Assembly (NCBI GenBank): GCA_045863395.1
Contig: BTVJ01000019.1
Coordinates: 37,221-101,220, forward strand
Direction of reading: 5' to 3'
Length of the DNA stretch: 64,000 nucleotides
From: Myxococcales bacterium
GTDB lineage: Bacteria > Myxococcota_A > UBA9042 > JABWCM01 > BTVJ01
This document shows positions 1 through 14,325 of the stretch, piece by piece. Made by a program: the position numbers and the translations under genes. Under the pieces are notes generated by a model. It had not been told where the DNA came from. It saw only the letters and a list, made by a program, of their open reading frames with translations, and did no database searches. Within the stretch, counting starts at the first letter, position 1. Each line of letters starts with the position of its first letter.

Positions 1-73
1 GCTCAACATCGCACCCTCCTGCGGGGCCGGAAGGACACCACAGAGGCCCCCCCGATGGCAAGCGCCAGGGACA

Positions 74-3847
<3,774 letters not shown>

Positions 3848-4048
3848 TCCATCCTCCGGGGGCAGGCGAGGGCCGGTGGCCGTGGTCTCGCCGGGTTCAG
3901 GGTCGCGCCCCATGATCGGCGCAGAGCGCCGGAGGATCAAGTGCGCAGGGGTTCCCGAGTCGCGAAGGTGGCTTGGCCGAACTCATGGCGCCGCCCGGGT
4001 GGGCTCCGGGCGACCTCGAGCAGGACGCCCCAGGGGAGCGCGGACGAC

Positions 4049-5107
4049 CTACCACCGGGCCTCGATGCCAGCGGTGACCGCCAGGTCCACCCACCGCCTG
4101 TAGAGCGCGCCGAAGGAGCCGCCCACCTCCGGCAGGGGCGCGGAGCCGAGGGGGATCTCCAGGCCGAACGACGGGTGGACGGGCCCGAAGTGCGCCTCCA
4201 GCCCGAGCGCCGCCACGTGGGCGCCCAGAGCCAGCGGTCCCGAGGCCGTCACCTGACCCACCGCCTCCAGGACCACCGACAGAGAGGCGTCGGGGGTGAG
4301 GATCACAGCGGCCTCGTACCCAAAGGCCACGGTCGTGTCCGGGGGGGCGCCGCTGCCTCCGGGCGCGACGAGCGGGAGCGAGAGCCCGACCTGCAGGGTC
4401 AGCACGCCCGCCTCCAGGGCGCCGAGGACGTAGGGAGTGAAGCCCACGACCCCCGGCACGAGGCGCCCCGTGGCCAGCCGCTCCGCCGCTGCGCCGCTCC
4501 GCGCCGAGGCGGTTGGGAGCGACAGCTCTGCGCCCCAGGTGAGCGCCAGGGCGAGACCAGGATCGAAGAGGTGCCCTACCCGGGCATCCAGGGTCAGGTT
4601 GCCGAGGGCCGCCGTCGCGTCCGTGTCGAGGGCCAGGACCACCAGCGGCAGCAGCGCCGTCAGCTCCACGTCCTCGCCGGTCCAGGTCGCCCAGGCCTCG
4701 ATGGTGAACGGGGCCAGGGGCTCCCCGTCGTGGGCGAGCACGGTCACCGCCTCCACGGGCTCGCGGCTGGCGATGAAGTCGATGGACTCCAGCGCCTCCC
4801 GCTGGGACGGGGTCAGGCCGGGCTGGCCGAGCCACAGCGAGCCGAAGAGCTCGTCCGAGACGCTCTGGAGCAGCTCCAGGCTGATTCGGGGCGCAAGGTC
4901 CATCACGGCCCGCGCGCTCGGGTGCAGGGCGGCGTAATCCCGCATCACCTGCTTCGCCTCGGCCAGGAGCGGCGCGACGCGGAGGCGCGCGCCGACGGCG
5001 ATGGGGCGGACGGCGGGAGGCTTGACGGCACGACCGACCAGGGGCTTGGCGCGGGTGAACGGCTCGCCGCCGAGGAGGGCGGCCGCAACGAGCAGCGCGG
5101 GGCTCAC
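4049..5107 (-). CDS. Secreted hypothetical protein, possible outer-membrane beta-barrel
   Basis: Signal-like N-terminus, alternating hydrophobic strands, terminal aromatic residue (GIEARW); GTGA overlap with the upstream gene. Confidence 0.6.
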   Translation of the reverse strand: MSPALLVAAALLGGEPFTRAKPLVGRAVKPPAVRPIAVGARLRVAPLLAEAKQVMRDYAALHPSARAVMDLAPRISLELLQSVSDELFGSLWLGQPGLTPSQREALESIDFIASREPVEAVTVLAHDGEPLAPFTIEAWATWTGEDVELTALLPLVVLALDTDATAALGNLTLDARVGHLFDPGLALALTWGAELSLPTASARSGAAAERLATGRLVPGVVGFTPYVLGALEAGVLTLQVGLSLPLVAPGGSGAPPDTTVAFGYEAAVILTPDASLSVVLEAVGQVTASGPLALGAHVAALGLEAHFGPVHPSFGLEIPLGSAPLPEVGGSFGALYRRWVDLAVTAGIEARW

Positions 5108-5682
5108 TCCCTCTCGAGGAGCAGGGGCTCGGAGAGGATCCGGTCCGTCACGAACTCGACGATGCGGGTGGCGGATCGTTGGAGCAGCGCCGTGTCCAGG
5201 CTGGCGAGAGCGGGGTCGTCCGGACCGTGCCCCACCAGGTGGAGGATCTCCCCCAGCTCCGGGTGCTCGGGCTGCACCGAGATGGAGCCGTCGTCGTTCT
5301 CGACCCGGCGCTGGCCCTCCAGGTGGCTCTCGAGCTGGTAGAGGAGGTAGTGGGGGTACCCGAGGCGCGGGTTCTCGAAGTTCAGCCCCAGGGCCTCGTA
5401 GAGGTGCAGGCCGCCGGTGGCTCGCTCGGCGACGTCGATGAACCAGCGGGCGGCGTCGGCGAGGCGCCCCTCGGAGACGGCTCGGGTGCCCGCGGCGAAG
5501 GACGCAGAGATGCCGCGCAGATCGTCAAGCATGGCCGCGTGGTCCTCTCGGCGCTTCTCGGGGTCCTTGGCATACTCGAGGTCGATGGGGCGAATCGGTC
5601 GGTCCACGGTCGTCCTCCTCGCGGGGTCGTAGCGCTCACCCGGGCTCCGATTGTGTTCGGATCCGGGCGCCGGGTCAATCAC
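5104..5682 (-). CDS. Hypothetical protein
   Basis: 192-aa ORF with normal composition and GC-rich third positions, stop overlaps next start; start uncertain. Confidence 0.6.
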   Translation of the reverse strand: MIDPAPGSEHNRSPGERYDPARRTTVDRPIRPIDLEYAKDPEKRREDHAAMLDDLRGISASFAAGTRAVSEGRLADAARWFIDVAERATGGLHLYEALGLNFENPRLGYPHYLLYQLESHLEGQRRVENDDGSISVQPEHPELGEILHLVGHGPDDPALASLDTALLQRSATRIVEFVTDRILSEPLLLERE

Positions 5683-5744
5683 GCGCTGGCCACGCGCGCG
5701 GGGATGCCCTATGATGCCTCCGGCCCGGACCCACGGTGGATGTC

Positions 5745-6641
5745 ATGCACACAAGAACGCACCTGTTGCGCCTCGGTACTCTGTGCGCGGCGCTCCTGCT
5801 GGGCGGCGCTGCGGGCGCCCGCCCCCTCGGCGAACCCTGGGCCCTGGTCCCCTGGGGCGACGCGGGGCTCTCGCCCGGTGGAGGAGAGCGCCAGGCCGTC
5901 GGACCCACGGCCCTCGCCGCCAGCGACGGTGCGGTCTGGATCGCGGACGCGGCCAACGAGCGCCTCCTGCGGGTCGGCCAAGGAGGAGTGGAGGCGAGCA
6001 TCCCCTTGGGCTTCGCGCCGGAGGACGTCAGAGTCGCGGGCACCCCCTTCGCTCTGGCGGCCGACCTGGAGACCGTCGCCTTCGCGCGCCCGTCGGGCGT
6101 CCAGCGTGTGAGGGCGGGCCTGACGGAGGTGCGCGGCCTCGCCGTCGCCCCGGACGGGGCAGCCTGGGTGGTCGACGCGCAGGGGCACGGCGCGCCGATC
6201 CTGGCACCGGCCGCGGACGGCTCGCGGGCGGAGCCCTTGGGCGCTCGCCACGGCGTCGGGCGCGTAGACGGACCGCGGCAGGGGCGAGCGCTGCTCTGGG
6301 AGTGGAACGACCCCGCTGACCTGAAGCGCGCGCCCGTCGTGGAGCTCCCCATTCGCACCGACCTGCCGCTCGGCCTCGTCCGGCCGCTCCGCGCACACGC
6401 CGACGGCACCGTGACCGTCCTCCTGGAGCTGCTCGCCTCCACGTCGCCGGTCGCCGTCACGGCGGAGGTGCGGCGCATGGACGCAGCGGGGCGCGTGCTC
6501 GACGCGGTGAGCTTCCAGGTGTCCGGCGTCGCGCCCGCCAACCGCTACGTGGACGTGGAGGCCGACGGGACCCTGTGGATCATGCAGGCCCGCGAAGACG
6601 GCCTCGCCCTGTGGCGCCTCGCCCCGGGAGGTGCCCGATGA
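5745..6641 (+). CDS. Secreted hypothetical protein with NHL-like beta-propeller repeats
   Basis: Signal peptide; GPTALAASDGAVWIADAANERL and GLAVAPDGAAWVVD motifs; ATGA overlap with next gene. Confidence 0.7.
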   Translation: MHTRTHLLRLGTLCAALLLGGAAGARPLGEPWALVPWGDAGLSPGGGERQAVGPTALAASDGAVWIADAANERLLRVGQGGVEASIPLGFAPEDVRVAGTPFALAADLETVAFARPSGVQRVRAGLTEVRGLAVAPDGAAWVVDAQGHGAPILAPAADGSRAEPLGARHGVGRVDGPRQGRALLWEWNDPADLKRAPVVELPIRTDLPLGLVRPLRAHADGTVTVLLELLASTSPVAVTAEVRRMDAAGRVLDAVSFQVSGVAPANRYVDVEADGTLWIMQAREDGLALWRLAPGGAR

Positions 6642-8104
6642 GCCGCCCTGCCCTCCTTCTGGCGCTGCTCTGCGCGACGGACGCGGCGGCGATCACCCGC
6701 GGCGAGATCATGGCCCGCGCCAAGGCCTACGCCGACGAGACGTGGACCTGCACCGCGGCCAACACCAAGGCGTCCTGCACGACCGGCTACACCAGCGACT
6801 ACGGCCCCGGAACGTACAAGGGACTCCCCTACGACTGGGGCGGCTACGTGGAGCTGGACCAGTTCCACGCACAGCTCGCCGCTGGCCAAGGCGCGGGGAG
6901 CCACTCGTGGCATGGCGTGCTGTCCTGCACGACGGGCGTCGACTGCTCGGGCTACGTGTCCAAGTGCTGGAAGGGCCCACACAAGTCGACCTCCACCATG
7001 CACACGGTCGCCTACGAGATCACCAAGGAGCTGCTCGCCCCTGGAGACGCCTGGAATGACCCGGGCAGCCACATCGTGCTCTGGGCGGGTACGGCGGGCA
7101 ACGGGGCGCCCCTGTTCTACGAGGCCTCCGGCTCCGCGAAGAAGGTGCGGTACAATACGGGGGCGAGCTGGTCCTACCTGGTCGGCTACAAGCCGGTGCG
7201 TTACCAGTACGTGGAGGACGACGGCGCCCCCATCCCCGGCGGCAAGGCAAACCCCATCGTCATCGCGTCCTTCCCGTTCCACCACGACTACAGCACGCAG
7301 GCCACGGGGAGCAGCATCTACGACACCTACTCGTGCATGCCCCAGACCGGCGCCGAGAAGGGACCCGAGGTCTTCTACCGCATCGACGTGGGCCAGCCGG
7401 GGCACCTGGAGGCTCACGTCTCCGACGGGGCCGGGGTGGACGTGGACCTGCACCTGCTCTCGGCGCTGGATCCCATGGCCTGCCTGGCGCGGGACGACCT
7501 GGACGTCGGGCCCATCGCTGTGTCGCCAGGGACATACTGGCTCATCGTCGACACCTGGTCCAACGCCAGCGGGGTGAGCTACCCGGGCGCCTACGCGCTG
7601 GACGTGGACTTCGTGGCGACGGCGCCTCCACTGCCTCCCGAGGACCAGGAGCCGCCGGCCGACCCGCCCGCGGACCCGGCCGACCCGCCTGCGGACCCGG
7701 CCGACCCGCCAGATCCCCCGGCGGATCCTCCGGCCGACCCGCCGGTCGACGCCCCTGTGGACGCCGAGGACGCGGGCCCCACCCCACCAGCCCCAGTGGA
7801 CGCGGGAGCGCGCGGCGGGAGTCTCCCCGGCGCGCCCGACGGGTGGGGCGGCGCGGCGCCCAACGGCGTGCCCGGGGCAGGCGACCCAGAGGACGGCCTC
7901 TCCTGGGGCGAGCCGTCGCCGTCCGCCCAAGGAGGCGGGTTCGCCGCGCCGGTCGGGCAGCCGACGGGAGGGCCTGGCCAGGCGGCGCTGACGTCGAAGC
8001 CCGAGGAGGGTTGTGGAGCCACGCCTGGCGCCAGCGGACACGCTCCGTGGCTCGTCCTCGCCCTGGCGCTGCTGGCGCGCTCCAGGCGCCGCGCGGTGCA
8101 GTAG
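6638..8104 (+). CDS. NlpC/P60-like (C40-type) cell-wall hydrolase with PPC-like domain, Pro/Asp linker and MYXO-CTERM-like anchor
   Basis: Signal peptide; GLPYDWGG, GVDCSGYVS, PGDA...SHIVL catalytic motifs; GPEVFY/DVDLHLL/PGTYWLIVD; C-terminal GC...WLVLALALLARSRRR. Confidence 0.8.
   Translation: MSRPALLLALLCATDAAAITRGEIMARAKAYADETWTCTAANTKASCTTGYTSDYGPGTYKGLPYDWGGYVELDQFHAQLAAGQGAGSHSWHGVLSCTTGVDCSGYVSKCWKGPHKSTSTMHTVAYEITKELLAPGDAWNDPGSHIVLWAGTAGNGAPLFYEASGSAKKVRYNTGASWSYLVGYKPVRYQYVEDDGAPIPGGKANPIVIASFPFHHDYSTQATGSSIYDTYSCMPQTGAEKGPEVFYRIDVGQPGHLEAHVSDGAGVDVDLHLLSALDPMACLARDDLDVGPIAVSPGTYWLIVDTWSNASGVSYPGAYALDVDFVATAPPLPPEDQEPPADPPADPADPPADPADPPDPPADPPADPPVDAPVDAEDAGPTPPAPVDAGARGGSLPGAPDGWGGAAPNGVPGAGDPEDGLSWGEPSPSAQGGGFAAPVGQPTGGPGQAALTSKPEEGCGATPGASGHAPWLVLALALLARSRRRAVQ
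7650..7750 (+). repeat. In-frame Pro-Ala-Asp-Pro coding repeat (linker)
   Basis: PPADPPADPADPPADPADPPDPPADPPADPP. Confidence 0.8.
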
Positions 8105-8239
8105 GCGTCAGGCGCGACGCGCCGGCTCAGACCCGACCGAGGACCTCAGCGCCGCGGCTTCACACGCCTTGACTCCCCGCGCCGCCCCGTGGTCTAGTTC
8201 CGGCCCTCGACAAGCCCCCCCTCGCACAGGGAACACACC

Positions 8240-9625
<1,386 letters not shown>

Positions 9626-9642
9626 GGCTCGGGGTCACCCCC

Positions 9643-10056
9643 CTACTCCACCGCGCAGCTCCAGGTGATCTCCACCGTGGTGCGCAGCATGTGCGCCACG
9701 GAGCAGTACTTCTCCATGGAGAGGTTCACGGCACGCTCCAGCTTGTCGTAGGGGACCCCGCCGGTCGCAACGAAGCGGATGTGGATGGTCTCGAACACCG
9801 CGGGGACTGCGTCCTTGCGGTTGCCCTCCACCTCGATGGTCAGGCCCTCCAGGGGCTGACGCCCCTTCTCCAGGATCATGACCACGTCCACGCCGCTGCA
9901 CCCCGCGAGGGACATGAGCAGCATCTCCATGGGCCGGATGCCCTGGTCGGTTCCGCCGCTCGCCGCGGCGATGTCGATGGTGGCCCGGTGTCCCGTCGCG
10001 TTGACGGCCTCGAAGCGGAAGCCCTGGACCCGGCTCAGGCTGATCTTCATGCGCAC
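9643..10056 (-). CDS. OsmC/YhfA family protein
   Basis: GIRPMEMLLMSLAGCSGVDV and LSMEKYCSV with both conserved Cys; start may be 10050. Confidence 0.9.
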   Translation of the reverse strand: MRMKISLSRVQGFRFEAVNATGHRATIDIAAASGGTDQGIRPMEMLLMSLAGCSGVDVVMILEKGRQPLEGLTIEVEGNRKDAVPAVFETIHIRFVATGGVPYDKLERAVNLSMEKYCSVAHMLRTTVEITWSCAVE

Positions 10057-10057
10057 C

Positions 10058-10933
10058 TCACTGGAAAAGGTCGGAGGACAGGTAGCGGTCTCCCCGGTCG
10101 GGGAGGATGACGACGACGACCCCCTGGTCGAGCGCTGCGCAGAGGCGCAGGGCCGCCGCCGTGGCGCCTCCGCCGCTCACGCCGCAGAACACGCCCTCGT
10201 CGCGGGCGAGGCGGCGGGCGACCTCGGCGGCCTCCTCCGCGGTGACGTCCACCAGGGCGTCCACGCGGCTCGGCTCATAGACGCGGGGCAGGTAGGCGGC
10301 GGGCCAGCGGCGGATGCCCGGGATGCAGGCGCCGTCCGCGGGCTGGACCCCGATGACCGTCACGGCGGGGTTCAGGCGCTTCAGGGCCGCGGAGACGCCC
10401 ATGATGGTGCCCGTCGTGCCCATGGCGCTGACGAAGTGCGTCACGCGCCCCCGGGTCTGGCGCCAGATCTCGGGCCCCGTCGTGCGCTCGTGGGCCAGCG
10501 GGTTCGCCGGGTTGGAGAACTGGTCCAGCATGACGGCGCCGTCCTGCACCCTCTCCCGGGCCAGGTCGATGGAGCCCTCCATGGAGCGGTCCGCTGGCGT
10601 CAAGGACACCGTCGCCCCGTAGGCGCGCATGGACAGAACCCGCTCCGCCGTCGCGGACTCGGGCATGACCAGCTCCACCTCGTAGCCGCGGACCCTGCCG
10701 ATCATGGCCAGGGCGATGCCCGTGTTGCCGCTCGTGGGCTCGACGATGCGCATGCCGGGACGCAGCGTGCCGTCCGCCTCCGCCGCCGCGATCATGGACA
10801 GGGCGGCCCGGTCCTTGACGCTTCCCCCGGGGTTGGTGCCCTCCAGCTTTGCGAGCAGGCGCACGCCGCTGGGCGTGCCCAGCCGGTCAAGGCGCACAAG
10901 GGGGGTGCGGCCGATGCAGTCGAGGATCCTCAC
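10058..10933 (-). CDS. cysM: Cysteine synthase B (O-acetylserine sulfhydrylase B)
   Basis: IGRTPLV, KLEGTNPGGSVKDRAALSMI, FVSAMGTTGTIMG, IPGIRRWP.AYLP, DRGDRYLSS; GTG start overlaps upstream stop. Confidence 0.9.
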   Translation of the reverse strand: MRILDCIGRTPLVRLDRLGTPSGVRLLAKLEGTNPGGSVKDRAALSMIAAAEADGTLRPGMRIVEPTSGNTGIALAMIGRVRGYEVELVMPESATAERVLSMRAYGATVSLTPADRSMEGSIDLARERVQDGAVMLDQFSNPANPLAHERTTGPEIWRQTRGRVTHFVSAMGTTGTIMGVSAALKRLNPAVTVIGVQPADGACIPGIRRWPAAYLPRVYEPSRVDALVDVTAEEAAEVARRLARDEGVFCGVSGGGATAAALRLCAALDQGVVVVILPDRGDRYLSSDLFQ

Positions 10934-12582
10934 GGGGGGGCCTCCTCTGGTGCCAGGACCTCCACCGTCACGGTGACCGGCTGCGCGGCGTTGCCGGCGA
11001 GGTCGACCGCCTGGACGGTCAGGGAGTGTGGCCCCGGCGCCAGGTCGAGCAGGTGGGACCCGCCGGTCGCGGGGGGCCCCAGGGGAGTGGACGCCAGCGT
11101 CGCGCTGACCAGCTCCGTCGCCCGCCACCTCAGCAGGGCGCGGCCCGGTGCCGCCGGGATGGCGGTGACCTCGGAGAGGGCGGGGATCGCGCCGTCGTCG
11201 GCCCGCGGTGGGGTCCCCAGGGAGGCGGGGGGCACGGGAGCACGAGGTGTACCGGGCCCCTCCCACTCCAGACGGGCAACGGCCGCGCCGCCGTTCTCGT
11301 ACATCTCCAGGATGATGGGGTGCCACCCCTCCGCCAGGGTCTGCGTGGCGCTCACCCAGCTCGTGCCGTGGTCGCGCCAGTCCTCCGCGAGGACCTGGCC
11401 GTCGAGGGCAAAGCGCTGCCCGTCGTCGGAGCCGACCCACAGCGTCCACTCGCCAGCCTCGGGGATGTGCAGCGCCCCCTCCCACCGCACGCTGAACTGG
11501 TCGGGCTCCATGGGCGCGCCGAAGCTGCTCCCCGCGTCCCCGTCCACCTGGTCGGGCATGATTACGCCCGGATCGAGGCGCTCCATGCGCAGGTCGTCGA
11601 AGCCCATGCCCTGGAAGTAGCGGCCGAGGAGGGCTCCCGGCTCCCACGTCCCGTCGCCCGGGGTGTCGAAGCTCGCGGGCGCGGGACCGGCCGCCCGCCC
11701 CCACAGGTCGGTGGCGGTGGCCTGCACCTCCCACTGAAGCTCCTTGGCGAGGGAGACCCCCAGGACGGTGCGGGTCGCCCAGGAGCCGGGCGCGCTCGAC
11801 GCCGTGACGGCCCCTGCCGCGCCTGCCACCTGGAGCTCTATCAGCGACGGGGTGATGGTGGAGACGGCCAGGCTCGCGCCGAAGGGGCCCACCGAGAGCA
11901 CCTCGATGCCGGCGATGCCCGCCGGGGTGATGGGTGGAGTGGACGGATACCCCAGCTCCGCGGCCGTCAGGGCGCGCGGGAGGCCGCCCGGGGGCGTCGC
12001 GAGCAGATGGAGCACCGGCAGCGTCGGATCATGGACCCAGGCAACGGAGAGCGGATGCCAACCGGCAGAGAGCTCGACCGTGGCGTCCTCGACCACCACG
12101 GCGCCAGGGACGGCGTGGCTCAGGATTTGCGCGCCATCCACCTGGACCCGCAGGCCCCCACCGGAGATGGCCCGGAGGCTCCAGACGCCGGGCACATCCA
12201 CGAGCCAGCCGCCCTCCCACGTCACGCGGAAGGAGCCGCCGGAGACCGCGGCGAGCCAGGGGCTGGCCCACGGAGCGTCGAGCGCGGTGTCGAGGCGCGT
12301 CATCGCCCAGAGTGCGGCGCCGTCTGCGCCGAGCGCCTCGTAGGCGCCCAGGATGCCGCCAGGATCGTAGGCGGGAGCAGCAGAGTCGGTCACGACGCCA
12401 TCGCCGGAGGGAGCAATGTCCAGCGCTGGCGCCAGGGTGGCGTCCGCGTCGCCCTCGCCTGCCGCGTCCACTGCATCCAACGCGGCGCCCGCGTCGGCGG
12501 CATTCTGGTGAGCCACGGCCCCCTCCTCCGTGGCACACGCCGCCAGAAGCAGGGCGACGACGGCAGGGAGGGTCACGCGCAT
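10930..12582 (-). CDS. Lipoprotein with two PA14 domains and Ig/FN3-like segments
   Basis: Lipobox LLLAA-C; FSVRWEG...VGSDDG...GWHPIILEMYENGG.AVARLEW (PA14) plus an earlier degenerate copy (FRVTWEG...GWHPL). Confidence 0.85.
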   Translation of the reverse strand: MRVTLPAVVALLLAACATEEGAVAHQNAADAGAALDAVDAAGEGDADATLAPALDIAPSGDGVVTDSAAPAYDPGGILGAYEALGADGAALWAMTRLDTALDAPWASPWLAAVSGGSFRVTWEGGWLVDVPGVWSLRAISGGGLRVQVDGAQILSHAVPGAVVVEDATVELSAGWHPLSVAWVHDPTLPVLHLLATPPGGLPRALTAAELGYPSTPPITPAGIAGIEVLSVGPFGASLAVSTITPSLIELQVAGAAGAVTASSAPGSWATRTVLGVSLAKELQWEVQATATDLWGRAAGPAPASFDTPGDGTWEPGALLGRYFQGMGFDDLRMERLDPGVIMPDQVDGDAGSSFGAPMEPDQFSVRWEGALHIPEAGEWTLWVGSDDGQRFALDGQVLAEDWRDHGTSWVSATQTLAEGWHPIILEMYENGGAAVARLEWEGPGTPRAPVPPASLGTPPRADDGAIPALSEVTAIPAAPGRALLRWRATELVSATLASTPLGPPATGGSHLLDLAPGPHSLTVQAVDLAGNAAQPVTVTVEVLAPEEAPP

Positions 12583-12614
12583 GGCCGCCTCGGACGGTGG
12601 GTGCTCAAGGGGGG

Positions 12615-13229
12615 TCAGCGGACCTGCTCGCGGAGCTTCTCGATGAGGTCGGGGAGCGCCTTCTGCTGGGCAGCGATTCGCACCGAGTCGGGGACTTCGA
12701 TGTCCGGCTCCACGACGATCTGATAGTCGACCAGGGTCCGCCTGGCGTCGCCGTTGTAGGGGGTCAGGGTCCAGCTCCCCTCGTTGCGCTTGTAGTCCCC
12801 TTCCACCATGGTCCAGGCCCGCCGGTAGAGCTTCTGCGGCTCCACCGTGTGGGTGGCCTTGGTGGTGGCGGTGAGATTGGAGAGCGGGAACGGCATGTCG
12901 ACGACGCCCCGGCAGACGACGGTGTCCCCCTCCCGGGAGAGCTCCTCCGACTCCTCCATGCGGATCATGGTCTCCTCGTAGCGCCCGCAGTCCTCGATGA
13001 TCGCCCACACCTTCTCGGGCGGGGCGTCGATGACCGCCCTCAGCTTCATGCGGGGCGTGGTGGTCCCCTCGACCGGCTCCGTCTCCAGGATGACCTCGCC
13101 GCTGGCGAGGGCCTCGTCCAGGGCGGCGCCCTGTGGTGGGGGCTTCAGCTCTGTGGGGCGGAGGTACAGCCACGCTCCCCCCGCCAGGGCGACGAGCAGC
13201 ACGGCGACGATGATCACGGTCTTGCGCAT
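12615..13229 (-). CDS. SRPBCC/START-fold protein with N-terminal membrane anchor
   Basis: VIDAPPEKVWAII.D, WTMVEGDYKRNEGSWTL. Confidence 0.85.
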   Translation of the reverse strand: MRKTVIIVAVLLVALAGGAWLYLRPTELKPPPQGAALDEALASGEVILETEPVEGTTTPRMKLRAVIDAPPEKVWAIIEDCGRYEETMIRMEESEELSREGDTVVCRGVVDMPFPLSNLTATTKATHTVEPQKLYRRAWTMVEGDYKRNEGSWTLTPYNGDARRTLVDYQIVVEPDIEVPDSVRIAAQQKALPDLIEKLREQVR

Positions 13230-13269
13230 GGGCGTACCCTACCGACCTTCCGACCTCGCCGCAACCCGG

Positions 13270-14307
13270 CTACTTCAGAGGCCAGGGGGTGAGGACGTAG
13301 TCCGTGCCCCCGCTGTGGCACCCCGTGCACAGGGAGGCTCCGACGTCGTCGGCGTAGATGGTGCCCTGCCAGTCCTCGTACCAGTACCACCCCTGGCCCT
13401 GGGCCGCCGCGGAGGCGCGCACCATCACGGACCAGCCGAGCACCGTGTCGCCATTGCCGTAGAGCTCCTTGACGGCCGCGGAGCCGACTGGGTGGACCTG
13501 GGCGCCCGCAGCCAGGGAGGCTGCCAGCGGGCCGTTGACGAAGGTGCGCACCTTGCCGAAGTGGGGCCCCGCCGAGGCGTGCGGGGCGCTCTCCGCGGTC
13601 CAGTCAGCGTAGCTCCCTGCGCTGAGCCAAGGCTCCAGATCGTTCTCTCCTAGAGGGGGCACGGAGATGACGTGCGAGGTGCAGGCGCCAGCGTCGCAGG
13701 TGGCCTCGAAGGCCGAACCGACCTGGCCCGCCTCGTCCGTCGTGGAGACGGGTCCGCAGTCGCAGGCGGGGTATTGGGACAGGCACAGCGCCTCGGCGGC
13801 CTCAAAGGCGGGCACCTCGCTGGTGGCGATGCCCAGCGCCACGGCGGTGCCACAGCAGTCGACCTGGTGGAGGGCGACGGCGCAGCCGGCGTTCGAGCCA
13901 CAGCCCTTGTCGAAGGTGGGGAAGACCGGGTCCCCGCCCCAGCAGGACACCTGGGGGCTGGTGTCGACCGCGGCGGTGTCGGTCGGGCTGACGTCGGCAG
14001 CCGCGTCGGCGGCCGCCGAATCTGGCGCTGGGCCCACGTCCAAGGCGCCGCCGTCGCCGGGGGCGGCGTCGGTCGTGCCTCCCGTGTCGCTCGTGCCATC
14101 CCCTGTCGTCGCGCCGTCCGTCACCGCGCCGTCCGTCACCGCGCCGTCCGTCACCGCGCCGTCGGCGGTGTCTGGCCCCCCCGAGTCCCCGACGGCCACG
14201 TCGCCGCCCGTCGAGTCCACCGCGGCGACGTCTGCCGTGCCCTCCCCGTCGCTCGGGCAGCCCGCCAGCAGCGCACCAGCCAGCATCCACGCCAGGCTCC
14301 TCTCCAT
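13270..14307 (-). CDS. Lipoprotein with C-terminal cytochrome P460-like monoheme domain
   Basis: Lipobox LLAG-C; acidic linker; Cys-rich module; C-terminal PVGSAAVKELY...WSVMV...WYWYE...CTGCH. Confidence 0.75.
   Translation of the reverse strand: MERSLAWMLAGALLAGCPSDGEGTADVAAVDSTGGDVAVGDSGGPDTADGAVTDGAVTDGAVTDGATTGDGTSDTGGTTDAAPGDGGALDVGPAPDSAAADAAADVSPTDTAAVDTSPQVSCWGGDPVFPTFDKGCGSNAGCAVALHQVDCCGTAVALGIATSEVPAFEAAEALCLSQYPACDCGPVSTTDEAGQVGSAFEATCDAGACTSHVISVPPLGENDLEPWLSAGSYADWTAESAPHASAGPHFGKVRTFVNGPLAASLAAGAQVHPVGSAAVKELYGNGDTVLGWSVMVRASAAAQGQGWYWYEDWQGTIYADDVGASLCTGCHSGGTDYVLTPWPLK
14111..14163. repeat. 15-bp perfect tandem repeat, 3.5 copies (GCGCCGTCCGTCACC), coding AVTDG
   Basis: Read directly at 14111-14163. 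Confidence 0.9.
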
Positions 14308-14325
14308 GACCGACCTCTCTGGTGA

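Noticed and set aside
10058..11734. Apparent long fusions in the ORF track (558-aa cysM, 918-aa M16, 747-aa PA14 protein)
   Set aside because: The N-terminal extensions overlap upstream genes in another frame; internal starts with RBS or stop-start overlaps give normal-sized proteins
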